This document shows, piece after piece, positions 1 through 13,423 of a DNA stretch of 64,000 nucleotides (its first letter is position 1; each line of letters begins with the position of its first letter). This DNA is from Ophelia neglecta (Eukaryota): positions 93,992,001-94,056,000 of the forward strand of contig OZ260661.1 in the NCBI GenBank assembly GCA_965285935.1, written 5' to 3'. Below the pieces are notes generated by a model. That model worked only from the letters and a program-made list of their open reading frames with translations, was not told where the DNA came from and did not search any database. Position numbers and translations under genes: made by a program.

Positions 1-3000
1 AGGTAACATGACAGATGGGACGGGCATTTGCATGCTGGAGAGTGTGCTCAGGCTTGCTCGTGCGTTGTTTTCTTAAGAGGCCACTTTTTGTTGGTTAGAT
101 AAGAAAAGCACAAAAACAAACTCTGAAGTCCCTTAGTGTCATACTGAGTGGAGACTAAGTAGGTATCAAAGTCTTCTTTCCACAAAACAACGGCATGAAT
201 GTGAATTATAAGGATTACCAGTTCAAATCTTCAATCAGGTTTTCAATAAATAAAATCCTTTAATTACAGAGAAAGTAGTTGTCTAACATTAAACTTTTTA
301 CGTAAAAAGGCTGAATTCATTCATGTTTATGTATAATTACAACAATTCATAAATAATAAATGTAATGTGTCATTGGTTGGTTTATTAACAGTTTGCTATC
401 AAGTCAATATGGGATCTTCAGCTGTAAAGGGGATCTTCACTTTTAAATAGGCAATTACCACTTAAGCATTTTGAAGAGCCTGGGCTTTTAGGAAAATGTT
501 GCTTACTTGGGAACAATGTACTTGGAGCAAACTTTGATGATATACCATGGGGATGGGCCACGACCCACAGTGTATGAGATCTGTATCGTAATTTTCAACA
601 AACATCTCTTGAGCGCTGACCCGCAGTGCACGAAAGTATCATCAAGCCACAGGGAGAAGCTTTTGACAGCTGTGTTTAGTATGCTGTAGATTGTCTTCGT
701 GACAGGTAAGTTTAGTATTGAACTCCTTAAAGATCAGCCATCATCTTTCTCTAGTATCTTGAGTCTTTTATTTAACCTGTCAAAGGAGAATGACAGAAGT
801 TTTTTTGTTCCCCGATTGGTTTACTATGCTGATCCATGATCATCTACGGCACGAGTTGCTACCACAAATGATGGGTGACAGTCATTTATAAGACTTAGTC
901 TCTAAAATATCACTAATATACACACTTATCAATTTTAAACACAGCTTTGACATGTGTTATCAACTTGCTATGAAGTTTTGACAATACAGTGGAGACTATT
1001 GGGATGATTGTCAGGCCAGCCTTTGATGTAGTTAACTTCTCTTTTTGAGTGGTATTAGATTGTACTGTTGGTATTTTGTGACAAATCCAACTTCTATATG
1101 TCTACCGTGTCACCCTCTGATAGATGAGGTCCTCTAGGCTGCTAATCACAAACCTATAATGTTTCATTTGAAAATGGAAAGTTTACCAATTGTCAAAGAA
1201 GCCATGGAAAAAAACACTGCTGTGTTAAGTGGCTTTAAAAAAAGGCAAAAACTATGCAGTCATTAGGCTTTCATTGTTTCTATTGACAAACTAGTATTTG
1301 GAGCTGAAAAAGTTGTACAATGTTGTCTTGTTTGTGTCATGTTTGATTGCTTTTCCAGACGGCTGCCTTTTGCAGAAAAAAACAAGGATTGTAAATGAAC
1401 CTTACCATTGTGGCAACTTAGGTTTCTTGAGTATGAAAATGAACAATTCTGAGTAGTTCTCTCACAATCTTTTACAGTTGCATTGTGTTGCCCAAGCTTT
1501 ATGCCAATTTGCAATGTCCTTCATCCCACTCATTAATCATGCTCTTCGTTGATATGACTATTAAACAAAGGCAGTTTCAGCAATGCCACTAGCTGTATTT
1601 TTTTTCCCTAGTAAGCGATAATGTGTTGACAAACAAATTGCAGAGCCCAAGATACAGACAATTAATTCTACAGATGTTCTTAAAACAAAGAGGAATGTAC
1701 TTTTTTCCTATCATTATTGGCAAAAATTAACCCAACCTTTTAAGTACTAAGAGCAATATTGTTTTTCTCCTGAATCAATCAAAACATGTAGATATATGTC
1801 AATTTTTTTGAGAAATATGACCGAAATAGCCACATTGAGTAAAGGAAGTTGTCTGGCAAGTGAGGCCAGTGGTAAATTCTCAGTAATGTTTTACTATGCA
1901 GTCACTAAGCTTTTATCTAGGAACTAACATGGTTTATCTCCAAAACAAACATAATTTGCAATACGTCATATTTTTAAACTACATGTAGTTGTAGTTTTGT
2001 TGAATGTATTTACATATTAATTTACCCTATCCCTCTTCAGAAGGCCTGGCAGTGCACTTTCTGATCCAGACTAGGGATGGGGTGGGTACAAGAGGTCAGG
2101 GGGTTAGAAATACATCGCTTTTCTTTCCACACATTGTTCTAGAATGCCTCTCAATAATGTGGAATGGGAGTCTCTTCCCAGAATTCCCCAGGGAGGAAGC
2201 ATCAATCCCAGATGGCCTTAACATAGCAGAACCCTGATTTTTTTTTAATCCTAGATCCGGCAGAGTTGTGCACATGTCCTTAATATCCTGATATATAATC
2301 TATTCGCCTTTGCTTACCTCTTGTGAGAGAAGAGATCCGTGCAGGCCTGGCCGATTCTCTTGACATAGGACTTCCTTAGGCCTTGCGCTGAAAGCACCTG
2401 TCAACAAAGAAAAAGGCCAGTGATAAATGTGCTTTTTATGCCTTACCAAGCCACATCATAATCATACTTTCACATGATTAAAAAATAGAAACTGATCTTC
2501 ATGTAGGGAGTATTTCTAGTTAACAATATTTTCATAGTTTTTATAAACAATATTTTGAAATACACCCACTTCACATCATATGATTGCACTTTTTTCTCTT
2601 TTAGCTTAGTGTTCCTTCAAGCAGATTTTCCATTTTTGTCAAATATCAACTTTGATCACATGGGTTTCAAATACTCAGCCCTTGTTTAGATGATTCATAA
2701 GTGGACTTACATGTCGTCTATAGCTACCACTTGCTTATTTGGTTATTTACTATTGTAACTTATATATTAACCAAATCCAAATGAACCATTGAGTTAAGAT
2801 AACAGACTCTCCAGCACTAACTTATAGGCATGAAATGGTGTGATTAAGCTGGGAAGAAAATTAGTCAGAACTTTAAAAAACAGACTAATGGCAACACTAC
2901 ACTTTCAGGGACTAGTTTTTCTGCCTCTCGATATCATGAAACTAGCCAAATCAACAGCTCATTTCGAGCTGGTTTAGGTTTGTGCTTTCCCTGACTTGTG

Positions 3001-3480
3001 ACTTAATTAGCAATAAGGCAACCTTGATGGGAGCCTGATGTAGTGACTAAAACATATCTAGCGCGAGGTGATCCATCTTGGTATAAATAATTACTTCTCC
3101 TAGTATGCTCCAACAAGCCAATTAACTTGTGCTGTATGTTGCCTGGTAAGTCAGCATGACAGACAGCAGCCAATTGCTACCAATATGCTCGAAAAAAGGT
3201 GAGCATTGCGACAATATGTGGGGGCAATTTAGTTTGCATGTTGGAGTCTGCGACCAGTGAGCTTACGTGACTAGGCCGCAGCCGATTCCGACACATGTGG
3301 CGGGGCGGCATGTGTAGCCTGCCCACCACACACGGTAATGAGTGTCAAGAGGACAACCTCAAAACAACCACGCTCAAAAACTCCTACTGGCCCTTCTGAT
3401 TGTAATTAAAACAGCTTCTTCTCACGGCATAACTGTGAGAAAGACAGTTTTATAAGTCACTAGCCATCTCAGACGCAACT

Positions 3481-3513
3481 CCTTGTGAGTCCTTGCAAGT
3501 CCTTGTGAGTCCT
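3481..3513. repeat. 10-bp minisatellite, 3 copies (ccttgtgagt)
   Basis: ccttgtgagt ccttgcaagt ccttgtgagt cct read directly. Confidence 0.8.
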
Positions 3514-6500
3514 GGCAGCGGTGGCAGGAAGTGACAAAGGGATCAACGGTTCCCATGTGGGTGCTGGCCTCTCACATCATCCTTCCACCTCTGCATCTCA
3601 CCCCAATCTGAGGTAGGTCTTTATAGTCATTTCATGACTTTTTTACTGTGTGTTGATATAGCCATGATATCTGTTTAATAATATTTATAAGAGGTCATGG
3701 CTGCACACATGTTCTTGTTCAGTTGGAGAGCAGTCACTGGGTAATTAGTCATAGCATGAACAGCTGATTTGTGAATAATTATTTCAAACAAGAAAGAACC
3801 AAAGAGGTAAAACATCCATACCCATCCAAGAAGAACACACTTGTGAGATAGTGATTTAGTTGGTCATTTATAACTGTTCTTTAATCATTGTTCTTTTTGT
3901 GATCAATTTGCCTAAAGTATTTCCATCTGAATATCCTGCTTGTGTCATTTTACACTTGACTTTTCTACAGGCCAAATCTCTGTCTTTGGAATGTGAGACA
4001 ATGCTAAACGTGACATTAATGGCCAGAGATCCTTTTAAGTGCTCTCTATTGTAGGAGGGAGAAAACAATAAATTAGTCGTAATATCTCAGGGAGTCCATG
4101 AATTGTCAGGACATATGCCCGGGGCTGGTCGCTTCCACCATAACCACTGGCAAATCATTTATTACTTGTCCCTTAATCCAATTTCACACCCATCCCCACT
4201 GTATCACTGTGGCCTAGTGAGACCTGATGAATATCCCTCGGACACCAGGATAAAATTAAAATACCTCACAAGAAATATGCATGAGAGACCTAGACTCAAG
4301 AAGCTGGCAGGCAGAGAGACATCTGCAGGTCTGAAACACTAGGATGTGACTCTGTAGACAATAGGAGTTTGGGAGCCCTACCTCCCTTTATTGCTGACCA
4401 TATACATCATGACCATACCTCAACTGCCGCATGTAGGTGTCACTTTAATGGGGGCCAGGACACCTTGGCCTATGATTTGCGATGTTTGATACCTACCAAG
4501 TGGACAGTTATTGCAGGCATAACTTAACCAAACGAAACCTGAAGCAAGAGGCTGTCAACCATCGCTTGTCCTAACTGGCTTGCTTGTCTGAAGTTGGGCC
4601 AGCTCAGGGACTAATTATTATTCAGCTGTTGTTGGTTAGGGTGACTGCTCTGTGACATCGGTTAGTTACTACCCCTTCGGATCATGTGACCTTCTCCGTC
4701 CACCCTAAATCATACTCTGACTCCCTGTTTAAAGGCTTAATTTGGTCCCGCTTGGAAGTCGATACCTCCAATTAGGAATGACAAAAGAAAATAACTTGGA
4801 AATGACAATTCACATAAGCAGCATGGAACAGACTTATCTACTTGTACTATGCTTTATTGTTTCATTGCAAACTATTTGTCTCTGAGTTAGTTGCCAGAGC
4901 GCACGATAACATAATACTTGTTTGATGAGTCTCCACCAAATCATTACAAATGGTGCAATAAAAATTCCCATTTGTTAATATAACTTGAAGAATATACACC
5001 ACTGAAATAGTTTCTGCCTTTTGGTATACAGAAGATAACACAACTGATCATATTCATAATTTTAGCAGGTTTCTTTTTTTAAAGGCTTTTATTTGTTATT
5101 TATCATATAAAGTTCTACTTAAACTGCTCAAATTATTGAGCTAAAAAGGTCGGGATGGTGTGGTAAGGTAACTCCTTCTAACGGTCAGGATCTTACCAAC
5201 TAAACAGTCACTGGAGAAAAAACCAGAACACTCTTTGAGTGCAACTTTAAGAAACCTACTTCAGAGTTGTTATCAGGACACCTGATATCAAGTGATAGCA
5301 ACAGATTTTGAACTTTGACTCCACCAAATAAGCCCAACTTCAGGACATGCTTTTATCAAATATAATGAAACTTTGAATAATGCTGATATAAAAATTAGTA
5401 TGAATAATGTTGTAATATGATGCAGCCTGACAAACTTCTGTATGTTTTAGTTTGATCATGCTCTATGAATTATACTCACAGACAATGAAAAGTTTAATTT
5501 AACTCAATCCTTATAGTTTGTATTGTTTCAATTTAAAATTTGCGTAAATAACATACCAGCAAACAGATGTCCAAAAACTTGCATCACATGCATATATCTC
5601 AGATGAATGCAAGCAGATGGGAGAGGGGGGTTAGATAGAAAAAGTCTACTAATAAATATCAACAAAAAACAAACTCTGGAATAATGAAATGTCGAAGGAA
5701 TTCTTTAATATTCAATTTAAAGACCACTTTGATAAAACTTTAAAGATTTTAGATAATTCATCATATAGGCCTATACTGTATATTTAATATAGAACTGGTT
5801 TATTTTGCCTTTATGAAGACATTTTTGTTCATATGAATTCTAATTTCTGATTTTTGTTGTTTTGCATAAATAATGCCTTGAGTGTTCTTACTATGTGTGC
5901 ACTCACCCAAACTCTCTTAGATTTAGTACCAATGTATCAGTACTTACAACTTACAGTGCCAAGGGCCTTTAAAAAATTGGCCCTATTGTTGACAAAGGTA
6001 AAGTGCCAAGGGCTGCTATGATCAGCTCTATATGTTATCAAGTATGCTGTAATAAAAAAAGCCCCTTAACACCATATCAGCCTCTATTACAATCTGGTTT
6101 CTTTTATAGCATTGCTGAGGTTCTGTCCTTTCAGAAAATATAGTTTTGGAGCAATTTACATATGTCTTTCATTTCTCCATTGTCAGTTAAAGACATGACC
6201 TTTAGGATAATATGCTTATTCTAATGGCACTTTACAGACATCAGGTCTACATATCTGTTTGGAACCCAAAGAGTTATCCAGTCACCTGAAGATATTTGCA
6301 AATGTCATTTGTCAAACCACCACAACTAAAAACTAATTTTGATCAATAAAAGCTACAAGGTTCGACCACTATTTAGTATATGCTGCTGGTTCACATGCCT
6401 ACTTTGTGTTTTTTGCACTTTTTCTTAGCCCTGAAATGTTACAGAACTCTCAACTTCAAATAAGAAAACAGTTAAGTTATTGGCCATACAATATGTAAAC

Positions 6501-7526
6501 TTGTATATACCTGATGTGTTCACTTGTGACTCCTGTTTTTGTAGATGACATGCCCTTTTCTGCTGTTGATAACTGCTAGTCTTGGCAATGGTAGATCCCA
6601 AAAACCTCAAGGCCTGGGCTCTGGCAAGCTGCTTGACAGTGTTGGACAGCATTTTCACCCAAAAATCATTCAGAAATGTACATTCTTCTCCACAACCTGA
6701 GCCTGCTCTCTTAAAGAATGGTATCTGAAAGGATAGCAATCACCCCTATCATATACAAATCTGATGTGGGTCGTCAATACCAAATGAAATTGTCTTACAT
6801 TAATATATCCGGTGGGTTTAGGCCATTCAGGACACATGTACTAGTATACATGCTGGTATCTACTCTTCTTTTCTACATGTTTGGGAAACAAATATCATCT
6901 CAACTTCATAATTTTCTTTGTTTTAATCAATTTAATTTTGTCACTATTATAAAGGACTTGCATTTAGTTACTACCATTAAAATAATCTGGCTATTCATAA
7001 CAATATAGGAAGCTACACATAAACCAAATATTGACCATTGATATTCATAGATCTATGTCAAAGTTCACAATGGACATGCATTGATGGCTTATGCTATGGC
7101 TAAGTCCCAGCAGCTGACCCACACAACTCCAATCATATTTGTTAATTTTATTATCGATTGTATTATCCCCAAATTTGATTTTCCTGTCATACTACCCACA
7201 TCCTGAGCCTATTTCCTAGTTGGTCCTATAAAAGGAATTCTAGTAAATTGGTAGTAGACACAGATCACACTGCTTTTGTTAAAATGACCTATCATGAATG
7301 GAGGCCATTTCATGTTCCATTTGTAATGGATACATTACTAGGATCATAATAAAAGTGTGATTTATGGAAATTATTGAAATTTGCCAGTCCTGCCCATTTT
7401 AACCCATGTTGAAGAGTCTTGACTGCACTTTTGGCAAGTATGGATTAAAAATGGCTAGGAGTAAATCAACTTTACAATGCTGAAAGCTAACCATGCATTC
7501 AAAAACATATGCTGCCCACCACTGAA

Positions 7527-8322
7527 AACAAGAGGCTTAGCCTCCACAACCCCCGCCACAGCGCCATATTAAAGAGGTAGAAGTTCATCGTACTGGTAGT
7601 ATGCACCACCAATCAAAAAGTACAAATATGTTCCCAGTTCGGTAAAAAAAGTAGGCCAAAGTTCAGTTTCCCCAAAAGGCACAGCTGGGGTCCATGTGAA
7701 ATGTTCCTGTGAAGTTTGGTTGCAATCGGCCCAGTATTGCCAGAGATATAGCCCGGAAATGAAGAATTGCTCAAAAAGTACAAATATGTTCCCAGTTCGG
7801 TAAAGAAAGTAGGCCAAAGTTCAGTTTCTTCAAAAGGCACAACTAGGATCCATGGGGAATATTCCTGTGAAGTTTGGTTGCAATCGGCCCAGTAGTGCCA
7901 GAGATATAGCCTGGAAATGAAGATTTGCTCAAAAAGTACAAATATGCTCCCATTTCGGTAAAAAAAGTAGGCCAAAGTTCAGTTTCCCGAAAAGGCACAT
8001 CTAGGGTTCATGGGGAATATTCCTGTGAAGTTTGGTTGCAATCGGCCCAGTAGTGCCAGAGATATAGCCCGGAAATGAAGAATTGATTAAAAAGTAGAAA
8101 TATGTTCCCAGTTCGGTAAAAAAAGTAGGCCAAAGTTCAGTTTCCCCAAAAGGCACAACTAGGGTCCATGTGAAATGTTCCTGTGAAGTTTGGTTGCAAT
8201 CGGCCCAGTAGTTCCACAGATATGGCCCGGAAACAAAATGCGGACGGACAGACAGACACACGCACGCACGCACGGACTTCATATTCATAGCCCCCTCGGC
8301 TACGCCTCGGGCGCTATGACTA
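7527..8322 (-). mobile_element. Non-autonomous Helentron/HINE-like (DINE-1/CvA-type) element with internal tandem array
   Basis: Modular layout: AACAAGAG end with hairpin gaggc-tta-gcctc (7532-7544), about 4 x 158-bp core repeats, a GGAC/AGAC/GCAC microsatellite (8241-8277), and an inverted repeat tcatagc...gctatga (8285-8319). Confidence 0.75.
7614..8233. repeat. Tandem array, 158-bp unit, about 3.9 copies
   Basis: Units start at 7614, 7772, 7930 and 8088 (aaaaagtacaaatatgttcccagttcggtaaa...) and are highly similar. Confidence 0.97.
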
Positions 8323-11300
8323 TGGAAGGCTGCTAATAATTTATGTCGGGCCACTGATATAGCGTAACGCCCTGCAAAATCATGTTATTGGTATATTATT
8401 ATTACTTTTAGTTGGTCGGTGATTGGGGTGGAGGTGGGTTCAAACAGTACCTGCCTGGTAGAGGGTCAGTGTAGAAAGGACAAAGTCCATACAGCTTCAT
8501 ACATGGCTGACCGCACACTTGATCACATGTTCACTTGCCCTTATATATTTATAACCTATTCCACATTGTTACAGTCTGTATCAGAAAAAGTGGCAAACAT
8601 TTGTACCCATTCCCGCAATAATTATTCTAAATTAATATTAAATACAAAACGGTTGTCCCAAATATTAGAAAGTAATTTATTGTTGCAATAAATTATTTCT
8701 CAGGTAATAACATGAGCATTGATAAGAGTCTAACAATGAAAATATTGAGTATATCTTTCATAAATAAAAAAGATTTTTGGGACACTTGGTGGTTTAAACT
8801 TAAATATATAGGTCAAAGTCAAATAGACCAGCAGATGACTAGCACTCGGTTTCATACATTCTTCTATAGTATATCAATGCTGTCGCTGTTAAAATCTATA
8901 ATATTGCATTCTAAATGTAAAATCATAAAGTCAAATATTAATTGTCTCATCAATGAGTGCCATACCTAGTAGTCAATAAGTGTCATGCCCAAAGTTTGGA
9001 CATCATCACATATTAGCGCCTCCAAACTGCAGTTCAACACTACTCTACATCTGTATCTAGCCAAATAAGAATTTGTCATATGATTCAAAAAGTGCTAAAA
9101 GCTGAACACTCTAGTGCACACCAACTGAAATTTGCAAAACTTTATTGTCTTTTTAAATTAGGACATGCCTGACAGGATTCAAACAATGGATTGCTCTATA
9201 CTGATGACAGCAATAACTGGCGTCTGCTAAATGTGCACACCCAGGAACATGTTAAACAATGGCATAGCTACACATGTGGCTGCCCAAAAAGCAGCATAAA
9301 ATACAGTCCAATGAAAAACAAAAGATTGTGCGCATTTAAAAACTTGCCCACACTACTACTTCCATCATTGCCAGTTTTTGTACCAGGTCCTAAAGGCCTG
9401 CTGATGTCCCAGATTGTGCTGAGTGCAATACCATGATTAGCTGTTTCGTTTTTTCAAGTCTTTTTTTCCCCAACATTTTCACTATTTTCAAGGAAAATTT
9501 GAAGTATTTAACATTGTCATTCCTGGTTATCTTTAACATACCTGGTAATGACACTTTGATCTGCTTCTTCTTGTATCTCAAAAATTGTTTAGAAAACTTG
9601 ATAAACATGAAAAAACGTACAGAGATCCCAGATATGGTGGGAGGTTTTATTTCATGATATTGTATAGGGAAGCTGCATGTAAATAATGAATTGACTGTTA
9701 TTGGCATAGGCTATTTGAAATGATCAGAGGAGGTAGGATTTAGAAGGTCTAGCTAGTACAGGTATTCCCTTTGCACTTTTTATCAAACAGTAACTTTTTG
9801 ATAGTGAAAAAAAGGTGGCTGATGGGATTGGCAGTGGAGGGAGTTGTGCCAGTTGTATGAAACTTTTTTGACATGTATGATGTCCTCTTCAGAGCCAGAT
9901 TGATTTTACTCTGATCTTTCCTATTAGAGGTGAATTGATAAACAGCGCATCCTGTCTGATCGGGTCAGTCCAAATTTACCTCCTCTCCCCTCTCTTGACC
10001 ATAAAAAAAATTACATGGTCCCCCATGAACTCTGCTAAGCAGCCCGCCTAATATGTGGAAATTCTGCGAAAGGTCTAGTATAGTTGTCTTTTAGTTGTCT
10101 TTGCAGATTTTTGCAGATTCCTGCAGAACATGTCTGACTTTTTGGAAGTTTCACAAATAAATTCATGGTTTTGGCAAAAAGAAAGTGGATAGTGAAATAT
10201 TTCACAGGAATACTTGGATATTTTGTTAAAAAATAAAATTTGTAGCATGGAGGTTTTTCGCATATTTGGGCAGAAATTGTGGATTTCGGGGAAGACTGCT
10301 ATTGTATTATTACAGACACTTCTAGCAAAAACTGGTATAAAAATAGCAAGCACTGTCCATCCAGCTTTTGTGGCCATTAGTCTAGGTCACTAGGATCAAT
10401 ATTCCAAAAATGTATAATTTGTGGGGTTTCACAGGAAGCCCATACTTTTCTCTGGTAATGAGCTTTCAGCTACTCAATCACAGTTTTTAGCATTGGACCC
10501 TGGAAATCTGTATATTTTGGTCAATGCATGTAAAAGTGTCGGCAAAAATAGTTTATTTGTGTAATCTGGAGCTATAGTCACTGCCACATTGCTGTACGGA
10601 AAATTACTGCGGTGAACACCACTTGAGTGGCAACGCCATCTCTGAGACAAACTACTATGCAAACATGAGTTATGTGGCCCCAATATAGTATGGCCACCAT
10701 GGATCCAAACTTTTTATTTATAGCTGGTTTTGTCCATAATGGAGCTTCAGTTCACTGTTAAGCTTGTGTAAATATATGTTATAAAATACCTTGGAATTTA
10801 TTAGGATAAACTATTGCAGGAAGTACTATGTGGCCTTAGGTAGTATTTTATTCATTTTAAAAAACATCTTGCTTATAGTATTTAAACTTTAATCCAAAGG
10901 GCTACTTAGCACACTACTTCAGAGGAAGGATCCCAAAATGTTCTAAACTCATTCACTGACTTTTCAGTAAGTAAATGCAAATAAGACAAAATATCTCATG
11001 TCAACTTCACTGTATGAGTTAATAACTGGATGTGAGAATAAGAGGCAATTTGTTCCTAATAAGAATCAAAGATGCCCAGCAGCATTTTGCACTAACTATT
11101 GGGCTTTAAGTGTGGTGAATAAGCTTTAATTAATAGACACAATCGGAGTTTGCCGCTTACTACTTAGTTTGCGCCATTTGACCGCATGGTGCCGACACAG
11201 CGCAGCGCGAGACTAGGTGCGCGGTGCGGTTTTGTGGGGTCAGATCCAGCTCACTCCTACTGCAATGTATGCTATGCACATGTAAAGATGGCAAATTTGT

Positions 11301-11979
11301 TTTGCTGCTTTCCCGATTGCAATGTGGCCACAAAGAAATTGAAGCAAACGGACAAATATCCATGGATGATCGGCGTATTCCTCTCCTAAACTTCGATGCA
11401 AGATGTACAAGTTCTTTTTTCGTCTGAACAGTTGTAGTCTCTCTATTATAAATACATGTAGTTTTTTTTTAGTTTTGTCGCGTTCCACGATATAATATCT
11501 GTATTAATCTCTGCCATTTTGAATCTTGGCCGACTCCCTTTTGGCTTGCCTACAAACATATGCACACAAAGGTGCCTACAATGGCGCGATACAGCTGATC
11601 GAATGTATCCAACAGTACATGTTTCAAACACTGAAAGCTGGCCCCACAAACGATCCCATAGCGCACTGCGGCCCTAGTGCCCTGCCACCTATCGAGTCGT
11701 GGTGATGGAATCTCCGACTGTGTCTATTCTTAGTACCTAGCCCACAAATTGGAAATACAAAATTTTTAGAGTCCTGGTAATATTATATACCCCCTCCCCC
11801 CCATTCCATCTGATGATATCACAAATCTCAGCCCCCCCCCCCATTATTTGCTCCCCCACCCCCTATGTTAGACATAAGATGTCAAGCCCTAGGGTCCATT
11901 ACATTGGGTACTAGTATTAATAAAGTGGCAGCATATGGGCACTGCAGTTGTGTCAGTAAGTACCTATTTGGAATACCTT

Positions 11980-12286
11980 GGGGGGGGGGGGGATTTCTCC
12001 CTATAAATTATCCCTATAATCTATAAACTATGGGTATGCTCTATGCCTTAGTAAACTTCCTTTTTGAAGCTAGGTTCAATACTTAAGACCTTTGTTTTCG
12101 AGCACGCCATTCTTTTCTACTTTAGTTTTTTAGCAAACCTTTTGCAGAAAACATCTGTTTTCATGCCCTCTTTTTGGTCCGTTTTTTGTCACAGATTTCG
12201 CAATTTTTGGTGTCTCTTTACTGGCCCTTGGGTGGAGTATACTCATTAATATCCCGGGCTAGTTACCCCCCCCCCCCCCCCTCGGG
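11980..12286 (+). mobile_element. Old non-autonomous element with poly-G/poly-C ends (copy A)
   Basis: Starts with a G-run and ends with a C-run. Shares subterminal motifs (TAYGGGTATGCT; GGGTGGAG..TAC.CA..AAT) with the inverted copy at 12941-13423. Confidence 0.5.
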
Positions 12287-12940
12287 TTGTTGTACAAGGG
12301 CTTAATTATAATTAAAGACAACTTCCTCGTCTCTTGGGTTAAATTTTACTGACCTTGCCAAGGTCGGGCTTTAAGATGTTACTTAGAGTTTTAACAATTT
12401 TTCAAAAGCCAAACCTCCGATCTCGACAAGCTAAAAGGGCCTCCTCGCTCCTCCTCGCAGCCTAGATTGACCCCTTAACGACATGTATACAGAGATAGAG
12501 GCGATGCGCGATCCTCACATGCACAATGCTGGGTCTAGATTCAACCTGACAACTTGACAACTAGCTAAATTCGAACGGGTTCTGGAGTTCAAATAAGCGC
12601 CGGTTGTTGCATTATTGGAACAGGCTGTTAAGTGCATAAAAATAGTAGAAATTAAGGTACGTATCCGGAAAACACAGGCAATGTTTACCTTATCTAGGAA
12701 CTGGAGCACAGGAACCACGAGTCTGCTAAATACGCTTGCGCAGCCGCTTACAGCATACGAAATGTTCCTAGAATTTTTATTCAGCCGCTTGTGTCCTTTA
12801 ACATAAGAAGTAGCATAAAAATTACCAGTGAGGTAGTATTGTTAATATAGATTTAGATGCCCAGGGCTCGGGGCACAGGGTCCGGGAGAAGGCAAGAAGG
12901 AGAGCCCACTTCAGCTTTTCACCTGCCATTTTTGTAACTT

Positions 12941-13423
12941 GGGGGGCTACACCTCGCAATTGGTGGGTAAGCTCCACCCAAAATCCAGATATATAACCCA
13001 AAAACCGGAATCTGTAGATATATATATATTTCTTTTTTACTAACATCAACATTATGCCTATACAATGTTTTTTTTTTACGTTTTTCACATCGGTTTAGGC
13101 CTATAAGCCTATTAAAATGTATAGCCTAAATGGAACTGGTGTACAGATGTACAAAATTTGAAGCTTGGATAAAAAGAAGCATGTATAGATTAAAAAAACC
13201 CAGATATTTATAGAGCTGAAAATACGGATCACAAGATATATAGAGCTGAAAATATGGATCACAGAGAGCAGTTTGGTGAAAAGAGGTCCCAAGACAGCTG
13301 GTTTGAGCGGTAAGAGCGCGGTTTGCCCTAAAACAAGGGTCAAAAGAGTGGTTTGATCCAAAACAAGGGCCTAAGCAAGCATACCCGTATGGTAGAATAA
13401 AGGTAGAACCCCTACCCCCTCCC
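12941..13423 (-). mobile_element. Old non-autonomous element with poly-G/poly-C ends (copy B, inverted), with an internal 30-bp duplication
   Basis: Reverse complements of the copy A motifs at 12959-12979 and 13378-13389; tagagctgaaaatayggatcaca occurs twice (13211, 13241). Confidence 0.5.

Larger units (their letters stand above)
507..11177 (-). other. Candidate spliced minus-strand transcript (exons about 11177-11161, 9672-9542, 2397-2318, 776-507); lncRNA, 5' UTR or microprotein gene
   Basis: Donors gtaagc, gtatgt, gtaagc and gtaagc, with matching cag acceptors. The first donor sits at the CpG-rich/CpG-poor boundary. No recognisable protein. Confidence 0.4.

Noticed and set aside
7614-8233. 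Regular repeats as a CRISPR-like array
   Set aside because: The units are contiguous with no unique spacers, there are no cas genes, and the context is eukaryotic.
7569-8354. Three repetitive minus-strand ORFs (82-120 aa)
   Set aside because: They are translations of the 158-bp tandem array; the unit is not a multiple of 3 and the frames shift.
5599-9010. C/D snoRNA boxes in introns of the minus-strand transcript (RTGATGA near 5760 and 9005)
   Set aside because: No properly spaced D box with a terminal stem or a recognisable rRNA guide.
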